Source: Callorhinchus milii (Eukaryota). Taken from it: a DNA stretch of 64,000 nucleotides. Positions 52,966 to 64,000 of the stretch are shown here, piece by piece. Every line of letters starts with the position of its first letter. The stretch's first letter is position 1. The translations under genes and the position numbers were made by a program. The notes under the pieces are model-generated. The model had not been told where the DNA came from, made no database searches, and saw only the letters and a list, made by a program, of their open reading frames with translations. The DNA is taken from the NCBI RefSeq assembly GCF_018977255.1, contig NW_024704743.1:53074001-53138000 (forward strand), read 5' to 3'.

Positions 52966-54567
52966 TCATAGGATATATTGTAAAGTGCAGGGACTGTGAG
53001 TGAAGTGGTCAGGACTGTCTCTTTTGCCTCATCTCTACACAGAGACTTCTGATAGAAAGTGTGTATGTGTGATGATAGAATCAGGTTTGGCTGCAGTGCT
53101 TCCTGAGGTCTAGCCTGCCAACACTCACTGTTAATATTCACACTTAATGGCCATTTGAGCCAAGTATCAGAGGCTGACTTATCAGCAGCTGCCTATTACT
53201 ATAGCCCAGTAAAATGAAAAAGGAGTCACAAACATATGCAAAGGGGGGCAAAGGGAAAGAGTAAAAATCGGAAAAGGGACAAAAATCTTTGAAGAGTATC
53301 AAGTCACTGATGACAACATCTAATTGACTAGAGTTCTACAACATTAACATTTGTTCAAATAGAATTCCAGTCATACCTCCTGTCGTCCAGCCTGCAGGTC
53401 CAACCACTTGGAACCAAAGTGATGAATCCTCCTCCTGCAACCGTCTGTGGGAGCCAGTAGGTGGCTTTTAATAATCAGCAGGATCTACAGGACATGGCCA
53501 CATTTACATTAACAGGGAAATTGCATTCAATAATGAAGGGAGTCCATCTTGATAACTGTCTGACTGTCCCCTACCCCCTGATCCTCAGTCCAACATGCAT
53601 CTCATTGCTGAGTAATCACCCCTGTTCTATTAGCTTATGCGAGTTGTGCTCATTTTATACAGCAATGGCAGTGCTTAAAATGAAATGTCTGTTACAATAA
53701 ACTAGCCTGTAATATTTATTTGAATCTGCAAGTGTGACGGCCTTTAATGACAATGAAATAGCAGTGGGTAGAAGAAGTGTGTGTTGCTTCCCCCCACCCT
53801 GTGACAATAACAGAACAGTTAATCAGTTAATCCTGAGAATGAGTTGGCTGCAAATGGAAGAATTATCATATGTCCAGCATGGAAGAAGTGAGACATTTAT
53901 GAAATCCAGGACTAGAGTTGGAAGCTAGTCTGTTATACCTGTTTGCCTAAAAAACACATTCATTCCACTTTAAAGTATCTCCTTTGCATTTCGGAATGTC
54001 CTCCTGATGTGAAAGGTGCTATATCAAACATACAGGTGGATGTTAAAGATCCCTTGGCACTGTACGAAAGGAAAAAGGAGTTTTTCCCAGAGTTCTATTC
54101 AACAATCCCTCCCTTTTCTGTAAAGGATGAAATCATCAAATGCTCCCAGGGTGCAAAGAGAGCGTAATAACTATTGCCCACCCGATTATAGACGTTGACA
54201 AAAATATTTTCAAATTGGTGCAAATGTTGTTATAATTGTTATAATTGGTTTGTCACTAGAAAACAAAGGGCCATAATTATATCATTATTTTAAACATAAA
54301 CACTGTGAATGGCAGCATTGGGCCATCAGTAATTATCCCAGTGTTGAAAATTGACGTGGGAAAGTTTTCTGAGCTTAGAAAATAAATAAATCAGGAAAAT
54401 TGGTCGTTCACTTCATGGCGGTTTGTGGGACATTGCTGCCGCAATTCACCCAAAGTCACTCCACTTACATCTAATCTGTGAAGCACTTTGGGATGTCCTT
54501 CTGACTTGAAAGGACAAATGCAAGGGTTATTATTATATACCGCAAAGTTGTGTGACTCTGTGTATTT

Positions 54568-55167
54568 TATAATAATCTTTGTATTTGTTTATAGCGTCTT
54601 ATCACGTCATTGAGATGCATCAAAGCGCTTCACAGAATATACTGTAAAGTGAATTGACTTTGTGAGCAGTGTCCCACAAACAGTCATGGATTGAGTGACC
54701 AAATAATTATTTTTTGTGGGGAGGGGATTATTATTATCAGGAAGTGGAGTCCTGTAGCTCAGTGGTTAGAGCACTCGCTTTGTAAGCGAGAGACCTGAGT
54801 TCAATTCCAGGCAGGGCGAAACCTTGGGCAAGTTTCCTTACTCCACACGCCTAATAATAATCCCTCCAAAACAAAACAATAATAAATTGGTCATTTTCAA
54901 TCTACGACTGTTTGTGGGACACTGCTGTCCGCAATTGGCTGCCGCGTTCGCCCACAAATATACAGTCAATTCACTTTACAGTATATTCTGTGAAGCGCTT
55001 TGGGACGTCCTCCCAACGTGAAAAATGCTATATCAAATGCAAGGATTAAAATTAAATTAAGTGTGTGGAGTAAGGAAACTTGCCTAGGATTGTGCCCTAC
55101 CCGGGAATTGAACCAGGGTCCTCTCACATGCAAGGCGAATGCTCTAACCTCTACATTACAGGACTCC
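54568..55167. mobile_element. SINE-in-SINE: plus-strand SINE (54746-55060) inside a minus-strand SINE (54568-54740 plus 55061-55167)
   Basis: The minus copy is cut between gggattattattatcagg and gtgtggagtaaggaaacttgcc, and a complete plus copy lies between the two parts. Confidence 0.88.
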
Positions 55168-56063
55168 TGGAGCAAATGGGGCCGCCAATGTGCACGCAGC
55201 ATTGCCCCACAAACAGCCATGAGTAAGTGACCAATTTTATTTGAGGGATTGTTGGCCAGGACACCAGGAGAAATTCTATTTCTCTTTTCAAATAGTGCCA
55301 TGGGATCTTAAACGTCCACCTGAAAAGGCAGATGGGATATTGGTTTAACGTTTCATCTGAAGGACAGCACCTCTGAGATTGCAGTAAAGTGTCAGCACTG
55401 CATTGCAGTATCAGCTTAGGCTACTTGACAGCCTGCAACGAGTGTCATTAATTTGAAACATTAATATTTGGAGCACGATTTTATCCAATCTGTATTTCTG
55501 GGGCACTTTTTTGTTAAAGGATCGAATTACACCTTGCAAAGAAAGTTTAATAACTATTGCCCAACACACTTACAGAGCAGGATAATTTTTTTTCCAAATC
55601 AGTTAATGTTGTTATAATTGCTTTGTTACTGGAAAACAAAGGGCCATAAGTATATCATTATTTAAACATAAACACTGTGAATGGCAGCATGGGACCATCA
55701 GCAGTCATCCCAGGTTTGAAGCATTGATGTTGGAAAGGTCTCCAAGTCAAAATAATTGAGGAAAATTAGCAGCTAAATCATTTTTCAGAAGCCAACCCAA
55801 AAGCAACAAAGTTAGAAAAGGGAACAAAGCTTTAAAAGAGAAAAATAAAACTTAACTTAAAAAATAAAAAGTAACTTGTGGGCTTTTCAAAAATAACACA
55901 TTCGGTATTACTGAGTTTCAATTATTTTATTGGTTCTTACAGTAATAATAACAATCCTCGCATTTGATAAAATGGTTTTCACATCAGGGGAACATCTCAA
56001 AGTACTTTGCAGGTTAATGTAAAGTGGAATTATTTGGTATTTTTTAGGCAAACACAGCAACAA

Positions 56064-56700
56064 CACTGTCTCCTGTTTGTAAAGGATAAGTGTAAATCCC
56101 AATCGCCTCTGTCGTTTAAGCATGAAATTTAGCGTGGGGTGGAGAAAAGAAGAACTTGGATTTTTTCAGCAGCTTGATCACATTGAAATTCTGGTATTTT
56201 CAAATTATTTAGTTAATGGAGAATTTTCCCAGAATTTAAACCAAATGAGATTCTAAAAATCAGTTTTACAGCACAATCCATTGTGTCGTAATATCGCTGG
56301 AAGCAAACTTGCGCATCATATCATGAATCTTTTCTTTATATAAAAGATAGTTTGTCCCGGTATCCTGACAAATAATTCCCAGATAAAATTGGTCATTCCA
56401 GTTCATAGCTATTTGCCGGACATTAGTGTGTGCAAAAAATTGATTGCCGCAATAGCCTAAGAAAATCCAGTCACTGCACTTGCGCACTTGACAGTAAATC
56501 CTTTGAGGGGGAAATGTCAAAGCACTTCACAGGATTAATGTAAAATATAATTGTATTTTTAGGCAAACACAGCAACACTATTTGAAAAGAGAAGGGAGTT
56601 TCTCCCAGTGTCCTGGCCAACAATCCCCCAGAGAAAATTTGTCATTCACTTCATGACTGTTCATGTGCACAAATTAGCTTGACATTCACCTACAAAATAT
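56064..56700 (+). repeat. Duplicated composite unit, copy 2 (uninterrupted)
   Basis: Matches 30054-30229 plus 31319-31774. Confidence 0.88.
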
Positions 56701-57391
56701 ACAGTCACTGTAGTTTACAGTAAATAATGCAAAACTCTTTAAGCTGTTCTCTCGATGTGAAAAGTGTTATAACAAATTCATGAATTATTTATTATAGTGT
56801 CTTAGTCCTCGTCTGGAGGTTGCTTGATTGCCTTTGGGATGTGGGGAGGAATTTTCAAGGTAAATCTTTTGTTCACCTGAATTAGTCATGTGTGTTTGGA
56901 TATCTCTATTGGTTTGCTTTTTGGATATCTGTATTGCTATTGCTGTCCAAGTGGTCAGCACCAGGAAAAGTGCGTAGGTGAATATTATTGGATTTTTCTT
57001 TGGTCAGCAAGATGTCTGACACTTGCAGAAATAGCATGCTTAAGACTATCCAAACCAAACTGATGTTTGATCTATGATGATACTATTCCATATATAATGT
57101 CACTTACACAGGGACATTTTCCTGTGTCTGGAATGTAATGGGCTCTCTCTACCTGGAGGGATGTATCCCATTTACCTAATTCTGGAGATTATTTGGTGCA
57201 GGCTCCTCAGGGTCTCTTTGCTAAAATGGAAGGGCAAACCAGTTACTGAGGGTCGGGATTATTTACACTCGGCTCTTGTTAACCCTGAAACCAAAGCCCT
57301 AACATTTGTCCTAGCTTGACAAGCAGTGGAAAAGCTTGCCAGCCAGTGCTTTTAATGGCAAGCAATGCAATTTTAGCTGTTATTTTATTCA

Positions 57392-57893
57392 GTTATTTGG
57401 GACCACAATCACTTGATTTTGTTGCTAGCAAACTGAAAGTAAAGGAAATGTTGACCATCTCTGACCATCTTTAACATGAGCAGACTTTTACTGCTCTTTG
57501 ATGAATTTACCTACATTTTTTGCGTCAATTTATAATTTTTTAAAAATTGTTGTAGGTTTTTTGCTGGTTAGCCTCCAGCAGTACCCAACGCACACTCTAG
57601 GGTTCCCACAAGCCTCGACTTGCGTAGAAAATATTTATATATTTTCTCAACATTTCATAATCTTCTGTAATCGCTCTGCCACCGCAGTGACGAGTTCTTT
57701 CCATCACTGTTCTCTGTCAACAGTGGCAACTGATATATAATATAATAATTATCCAAAAAAAGGAGAAAATTGTGTAAAAAATGTGAGTAAATTCAACAGA
57801 AAGCTTTATTAAAGATGGTCAAATAACGCCTCAACATTTCCTTAATTCTCAGTTTGCTAGTAACAAAATTGAGTGATTCTCGTGCCAGATAAC
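57392..57893. repeat. Long imperfect inverted repeat (arms ~57392-57545 and ~57755-57893), MITE-like
   Basis: aatcacttgattttgttgctagcaaactgaaagtaaaggaaatgttga pairs with tcaacatttccttaattctcagtttgctagtaacaaaattgagtgatt, and gaccatctttaa pairs with ttaaagatggtc. Confidence 0.8.
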
Positions 57894-58180
57894 ACATTTG
57901 GAATCAATGTAGCACTTGAAGCAGGTTTTGCATTTTCAGTGCTGCTCTAAGGTCAACTATTTAGCTTTGCAGGGTTATATATAACCTTCACAGGTTATAT
58001 GTAAACAATAATTTGCAGATCAATCTGCGATGCCCATACAATACAATCACTACACCTTAATAATTCCTGTGAAGTGTTTTGAGATGTCCTCTCAATGTGA
58101 AAGGAACTCAATCAAGTGTAAGTAGTATTATTATTACGGAAGCTATTTGAAATTTCACAAATCTCGTGAAATTGTGGGTT

Positions 58181-58813
58181 TCCACCACTACCTCACCCCT
58201 CAGGCCGCTGAAACCCTTGTTCATGCCGTCATCACATCCAGGCTCGACTATGCAAACGCCCTGCTTGTCAGCCTTCCCAACTCCTCCCTCCACAGGCTGC
58301 AGATAATCCAGAACTCTGCAGCCCATGTCCTCTCCCGCACCAAACTCCATGAACCCATCTCCCCCACTCTCGCCCAACTCCATTGGCTCCCTCTCCTTCA
58401 GAGGATCCAGTTCAAGATCCTGGTCCTCACATACAAAGCCCTCCATGGCCTCGCCTCACCCTACCTCTGCAACCTCCTAACCCCCTACTAACCCAGCCGT
58501 TCCCTCCGCTCAGCCGGCTCTGGCCTGCTCTACATCCCCCGACCCACCCACCCCACCATTGGTGGGAGAGCCTTCAGCCACTCTGCCCCCAACCTCTGGA
58601 ATTCCAATCCCCAGTCACTCCACCTCGCCCCCTCCTTAGCCTCCTTCAAGTCCTGCCTCAAGACCCTCCTCTTCGACCATGCCATCGACCATTCCCCTTC
58701 CCTCCCTTAACCCACAACCCCAGCTCGGGTCTGAAATGCTGTTCTCTGTCCAGCGCCTTGGGACGTCCTCCCCGACGTGAAAGGCGCTATACAAATGTAA
58801 TCTTGTTGTTGTT
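58181..58813 (+). mobile_element. L2 LINE 3' fragment, relatively young
   Basis: YLTPQAAETLVHAVITSRLDYANALL..QNSAAHVL..LHWLP..FKILVLTYKALHGL; ends gtgaaaggcgctatacaaatgtaatc(TTG)n. Confidence 0.92.
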
Positions 58814-58869
58814 AAACACATTATTCAATTGTTAATGATTGAGCTGAGCTTTCTGAGGAAGTCTTTGAA

Positions 58870-59196
58870 TATAATAATAATAATCCTTGCATTTGATATA
58901 GAGCCTTATCACGTCTTTGAGACGTCTCGAAACGCTTCACAGAATATACAGTAAACTGAATGGACTGTATATTTTGTGGACAAAACCTGGCTGCCAATTG
59001 CGCACCGCAGTGTCTCACAAACAGTCGTGGATTGAGTAACCAATTTTTTTTTGATGGAATTACTACCCCTGGAAAAGCGGGTTCCTACTTGCTGCTAGGT
59101 AAACAGAGGCGTGTGGAGTAAGGAAACTTGGCCAAAGTTTTGTCCTGCCAGGAATCAAACCCAGGTCTCTTGCTCAGTGCTCTAACCACTGAGCTA
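58870..59196 (-). mobile_element. Young tRNA-derived SINE (long variant, partly deleted)
   Basis: Tail, body and head are collinear. Confidence 0.85.
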
Positions 59197-60231
59197 ATGC
59201 GTACAAATCCAATATATTTAATTCCTTTTCACCAACCATTAATTCACAATGATTCTGAACGACCATGTGAACATGCCTCAGTGGTCATTGGGTCTGGTAT
59301 GTTCAACACAGCCAAGCTGATCAAAGCATTCCTCAAAACACTGATGCGTTTCTAAGGAGGATGTCATTCTTCCATAAAGTAATATATTAGCCAAGACTCC
59401 TCCAACCATAAAACCACCAGTCTCTGGAGATGAGAAAGTTCTATTTAAAGGTAGGCATGACTCATGAAATCTTGCTGTCAGAAGCATTTTTAACTTGTTG
59501 AGTAAGAAAAAATAATCCAAAATTGCAGATAATTTCAGTGCATCAAAATTGTTGTAACATTAGTCTAATACTCACTCATTGCATCTTTAGATGAATATAA
59601 TGACAATATATCTATATTCAGAGAACTAAGAGTGGCTATTTATTATATAGCATCCTGGAATGATCAAAGAACTGATATGGCAGTGTTTTTGGTGTTCTGA
59701 GGGCTGAATTTAATGTAGATACAGTTAATCTGGATACTAACAGCAGGCGAATGATAAAGCATACATGAGGGAGAAGGGTATAAACACTGGCACAGGCAAG
59801 TTGTACCAAATGACTTGTTTCCATGTCATACAATATTATGTAATTCTGTATAAAGTTACATGCATTGTATTTATAACAGAGACTGACCAAGAATCTGAAT
59901 TCAAAATTCAGAATTTCCTCCCATTAACACCTTGGGTAATAAAGTGTATGCTATTTGCTAAGCTAAGTCAACAGTTTTTGTCTGACACGTGTAAACTATT
60001 ATAATATGTATGAGTTCAATGTCTTGAAGGCAGCAAGGAGGTAGCAATTTATGTTTATGTTTGTACTAAAATAAGGAGACAATGAATTGCATTAGAACAG
60101 AGACAGCAAGTGAAAATATTTCACCAACAATGCAGTAATGGCATTGCTTTATGCATTTTACTCAGACCACCCTGCCTGCATCAAATGAAGGAACCTATGT
60201 CCACCTAAAGTCTCAGGTGGAAAGTATGATG

Positions 60232-60259
60232 TTATTTATTTATTTATTTATTTATTTAT
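60232..60259. repeat. (TTTA)n microsatellite
   Basis: Seen directly. Confidence 0.9.
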
Positions 60260-62238
60260 CCTAAGCATCTATTTAATACATTTTAAATGAACTTATTTGT
60301 CATCAGCATTGAGAATACTTGCATTTCATAACTGTTTTCATGGCTGAGTGCTTTTGCTGATATTAACATGAGCATATTTCCATGTTTGAATAAAATATCT
60401 GGTACAAGAAAGCTAATCTTACCCAACTCCACCCAACCATAGCAGAAACATTTCCGGTGAGTTCGAAGCTGTGCAAATTTGCATACATTGTTTTGTAGAA
60501 TCACAACGTTTCATATGCACTGTGTGCCTTGGTATGGTTATTCCTATTTAAACTGGGCGAAATTAATTTTGCTTGCCGTGGGAAAATAGGTTGGATGTTC
60601 ATGTGAATTAACATATTCATCTTGCCTGTGCAGGAAGTGATAGAGAGTACAATTATTCACTACAAATAATCCATCAATTTCACATAAAATGTGGCCATTT
60701 AAATAAAGCGATTGTACAAATGACGAGCAATTATTTTCTAGGTTATCAAATGCAAACTGTGGAAATCCACTGAGACTTTTCTGGCTTCTAATACTATAAT
60801 TAATAGGAACTTCACATCCTTGCAGCTTTTCAAATCCTAAAGAGATCATTATCTATATTAGAAATTAAAATACGTAACCTTCATCATCATTAGGAGTTAG
60901 AGGTCAAAAGACAAGTAGAGGCTGCAAATTGTAGTGTTGATGATTCATTCAAGTAATCACCTATTTTCTATAGTTCATAGCGTTACCTAATGTATTTGAT
61001 TAAAAAGACCAGAGACATAAAATTATCTTTGCCCTAGCCTTAACACCGTTGTCTTAAAATTTACGATTGTGAAAATGTTGTAAAGTATTCAATTCAGTCT
61101 TAATTTGAAATTTCTGCAGTTCTTTTTAAGAATTGTGGAAACTCAGCTTCCAACTTAAGGCTGAATTGAAAAAGTATTACAAAATTCCCCAAACTTACAT
61201 TTTAAGAGAATAATCTTAGGGCTGAGACCATGAGAAATGCTGGGCCTCAGATGCTTAAGAACCTATCAGAACATTGAGCAATGTGTGATGATATATGGAT
61301 AGCAATTTCCCCATAAGTGTATTTTGTATTATACATTACTCCAAAAGGCAAGTAAGAGATGCTGTATAATCTGAGGTTTGGGTCCATAAAATCCAACCCC
61401 TGCTTATAAGAAGCTGTTCTAACTGTATTTACTGCCCTTGTGATAATTACCTAAACACAAACTGCACTTTCTCCCCATGGTTCACCCGCCAAAAACACAC
61501 AGTCACTCTACTTTACAGCATTTAGAGATGTCCTCCTAACATGAATGGTGCTGTACCAAACGTAAGGAATATTATCGTTATGGTTACCACATATGATTAT
61601 CACACATGAATACTACAGCGATACTACTCAGATACAACTGTGTACCACTCTTCTGTATACTCCAGGGTGGTCAAGAAAAATCAGGCAAAGATATCTACAA
61701 AGAGATGTTTTGTCAATCTTTTGTCTGAATTTAATAAAAGGACATCAGGCTTTCAATTAAGCTCTTATTGCAAAAGCATGCTGTTCTCATTATAGACCAT
61801 AGAAACACTGTACTTCATAAATGGCACCACAAAATGAATTAGGAAAATAAAAGGTTGTTAAGAATACTTTATAGATTTCAATTTTGGTGCATTGTCCTAG
61901 TGCTTCATTAAAGACTATACATGTGGCCAAAGCACATTCACAGCTACTGTGAGCTCCCACAGTGAAGGACTATCTTTTTCAGTGAAGGAAATCGACCACC
62001 ACTGTCTTTATTTTCTAAAAATCAAATGACCAGATTACTCTGAGAACATTATAAGTAAATTGATTCAGAGAAACAATGGGCAAATACCCGGCATATCTAA
62101 AGTGGAGGCTCCCCATTGTTACTAATTATTACCTTGAGGTGCTTGCCCATGCGCAACATGTACAGCAACAAAGATTAGAGTTCAGGGGGCAATTCTTGTC
62201 CTTCGTATGCTTTTTCAATTATGTATAATAATAATAAT

Positions 62239-63335
62239 AAACCAGATATTATCATAAAGAACCGAACAGATTGTACATGTACTATTATTGATGTGACAAT
62301 TCCAAGTGATTACAAAGTAGGAAATAAGGAAGTAGAGAAGATCAGGAAATATATTGGTCTACAAATTGAATATGGGTGTGTGTGGCAGTATAAAACCAAT
62401 ATAGTTCCTATAATCATTGGTACAACTGGGAGTGTCAACAAGACTATTCAGAAATGGCTTGATAAAATACCTGGTGAACAAAATACTGTGGAAGCTGGTT
62501 AAATCGAACATATCAGGGTCAGCCGTTTTGTCCGGCTTAAGAGGTGTCCGGTGTTAACTGAAATACCATTCCCACCCAGCAGAGGAGTGCCACCAACGGT
62601 GAATAATAATATGTAATAATGTTGTTTTACTTGAAGCACTGTTCACTAACCAGACAGGATGCCAAGTATTTTAACCTAGGAGTTAAAGTTAAATTATTAT
62701 ACTCTCATAGAATTCAGTAAAATATATTTATATTTGTTTGGCTGCAAAATACCTTCCCATCAGCAGAGGAGCTTCCTCCCTCCTATTGCCATTCCCATTA
62801 GATGGGAAGGGGACCAATTAGTGGTGGCTTTGAGATGATTGACAGCCTTGTGAATGCTTGGGTTCGACCCATTCACCAGTGGCTCAGCTGTCAATCAATC
62901 TTGATTTCCCTCCCTTGTCCGGCCCTGTTCCTCCGCCCCCCCCACCCTTCGCTGATTGACAGCCCAACTCCAGCCACTTGTGAATGGCTGGATGTAGCTA
63001 TCAATCTTAGACTCTTCCCATCTCCATCCTGGAGCGTGGCTGAATGGAGCCACTCGACACACTCAAGCACGTGAGTACATTCAGCGGCGAACAGAGCAGC
63101 ATTTTGACTGGATTAACTGGATTTTTGTTCAAATCCACCGGCATATTTCAAACAAGCAAGAATACAAGTGGATCAGGGTCGGGCGATTTGTTTAATTTAC
63201 CCAGTGTCCGGGTTTTAACCAGTGGCCAGCAAAAGCAGATTCCACTGTATCAACTTTCTGCAAAAAGTTCAAACATACTAAGAAAAGTAACGTGCATTCA
63301 TATGTAATGTATCAGTGTTATTGGTCTAAACCAAA
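62239..63335 (+). mobile_element. R4/Dong-like non-LTR retrotransposon 3' remnant (restriction-like endonuclease), split by a MITE at 62486-63247
   Basis: KPDIIIKNRTDCTCTIIDVTIPSD..KEVEKIRKY..W..VPIIIGTTG fits the PD-(x)n-D..KxxKY RLE signature. After the MITE, ..SSNILRKV fits the R4-type C-terminus. (TAA)n occurs on both sides. Confidence 0.8.
62486..63247. mobile_element. Non-autonomous pogo/Tigger-like (Tc1/mariner) DNA transposon (MITE)
   Basis: Ends read TA|CTGTGGAAGCTG ... CAGATTCCACTG|TA (imperfect TIR with TA TSD at 62484-85 and 63248-49). Subterminal GTCCGG..TTAA repeats occur at both ends. No transposase ORF. Confidence 0.75.
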
Positions 63336-63627
63336 AATAATAATAATAATTCTTGCATTTGATATAGTGCTTTTCACATCTTCTAGACGTCTCAAAGCGC
63401 TTCACAGAATATACTGTAAAGTGAATTGACTGTATATTTGTGGGAGAAATACGGCAGTCAATTGCGTACAGCAGTGTCCCACAAACAGTCGTGGGATTGA
63501 AGTGACCAAATTATTATTTTTTTTCTCTTGAGGTATTAGGAAACCTGCCCAAGGTTTCGCCCTGCCGGGAATTTAACCCAGGTCTCTCACTTGCAAGGCA
63601 AGTGCTCTAACCACTGAGCTACAGGAC
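63336..63627 (-). mobile_element. Young tRNA-derived SINE (short variant)
   Basis: Tail, body and head are collinear. Confidence 0.88.
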
Positions 63628-64000
63628 ATCAGTGTAAAGCACTTAGAAACTACCTCTACTGATTTATTTAAACTGTAATAACCTAATAATAATAATAATC
63701 CTTGCATTTAATATAGTCAAGATGTCGCAAAGCGTTTCACAGGATATACTGTACTATAAAGTGGATACGCCTTGAGATCCAAATATACTGTACTGTAAAG
63801 TATTTTGTGGGTGAACTGTAAAACTATAATTGCATCCAATGTAGAGCCAATGACGTCAAACCCCCCAAGGAACTTCAAAAGACACTTCCGGCATGTGATT
63901 GTATTTTGTAGACAAAAATATATTAAACTGGCAAACTGAGTCCATCAATTAGCCTCTTGTCAGAAATGAGTCTAATTCTTATTTGCACTCAATAATGAAT

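Noticed and set aside
6783..63730. Recurrent aataatccttgcatttgatatagcgc repeats as a CRISPR-like or satellite array
   Set aside because: Spacing is irregular, both orientations occur, and they are attached to SINE bodies in a eukaryotic locus. They are SINE tails.

Overview
Repeat-rich vertebrate genomic DNA, very probably from a cartilaginous fish, judged by the NPY sequence and the DeuSINE, L2 and CR1 repeat content. The only host gene I can support is a complete four-exon neuropeptide Y gene (npy) on the minus strand. Non-coding exon 1 is at ~23781-23655 and the coding exons are 22636-22449, 16881-16801 and 15326-15302. All introns are GT-AG and the product is a 97-aa prepro-NPY (28-aa signal peptide, 36-aa NPY, GKR site, CPON) behind a CATAAAA TATA-like promoter. 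The rest is mostly transposon-derived: a near full-length decayed CR1 LINE, a 5'-truncated CR1, many L2 fragments, young tRNA-head SINEs with Deu-like bodies and L2-like tails, older DeuSINEs and further unclassified repeats. The most unusual items are: an R4/Dong-like restriction-like-endonuclease retrotransposon remnant in a (TAA)n tract, split by a pogo/Tigger-like MITE carrying three perfect TGATTGACAG decamers; an unnamed repeat family with one internally inverted copy; a duplicated composite unit that shows both the filled and the empty site of a CR1 insertion; and a UGCAUG motif in the npy 3'UTR that appears deeply conserved. I found no evidence of a new protein-coding system. Family names and comparisons with human NPY are from recall, not from database searches.
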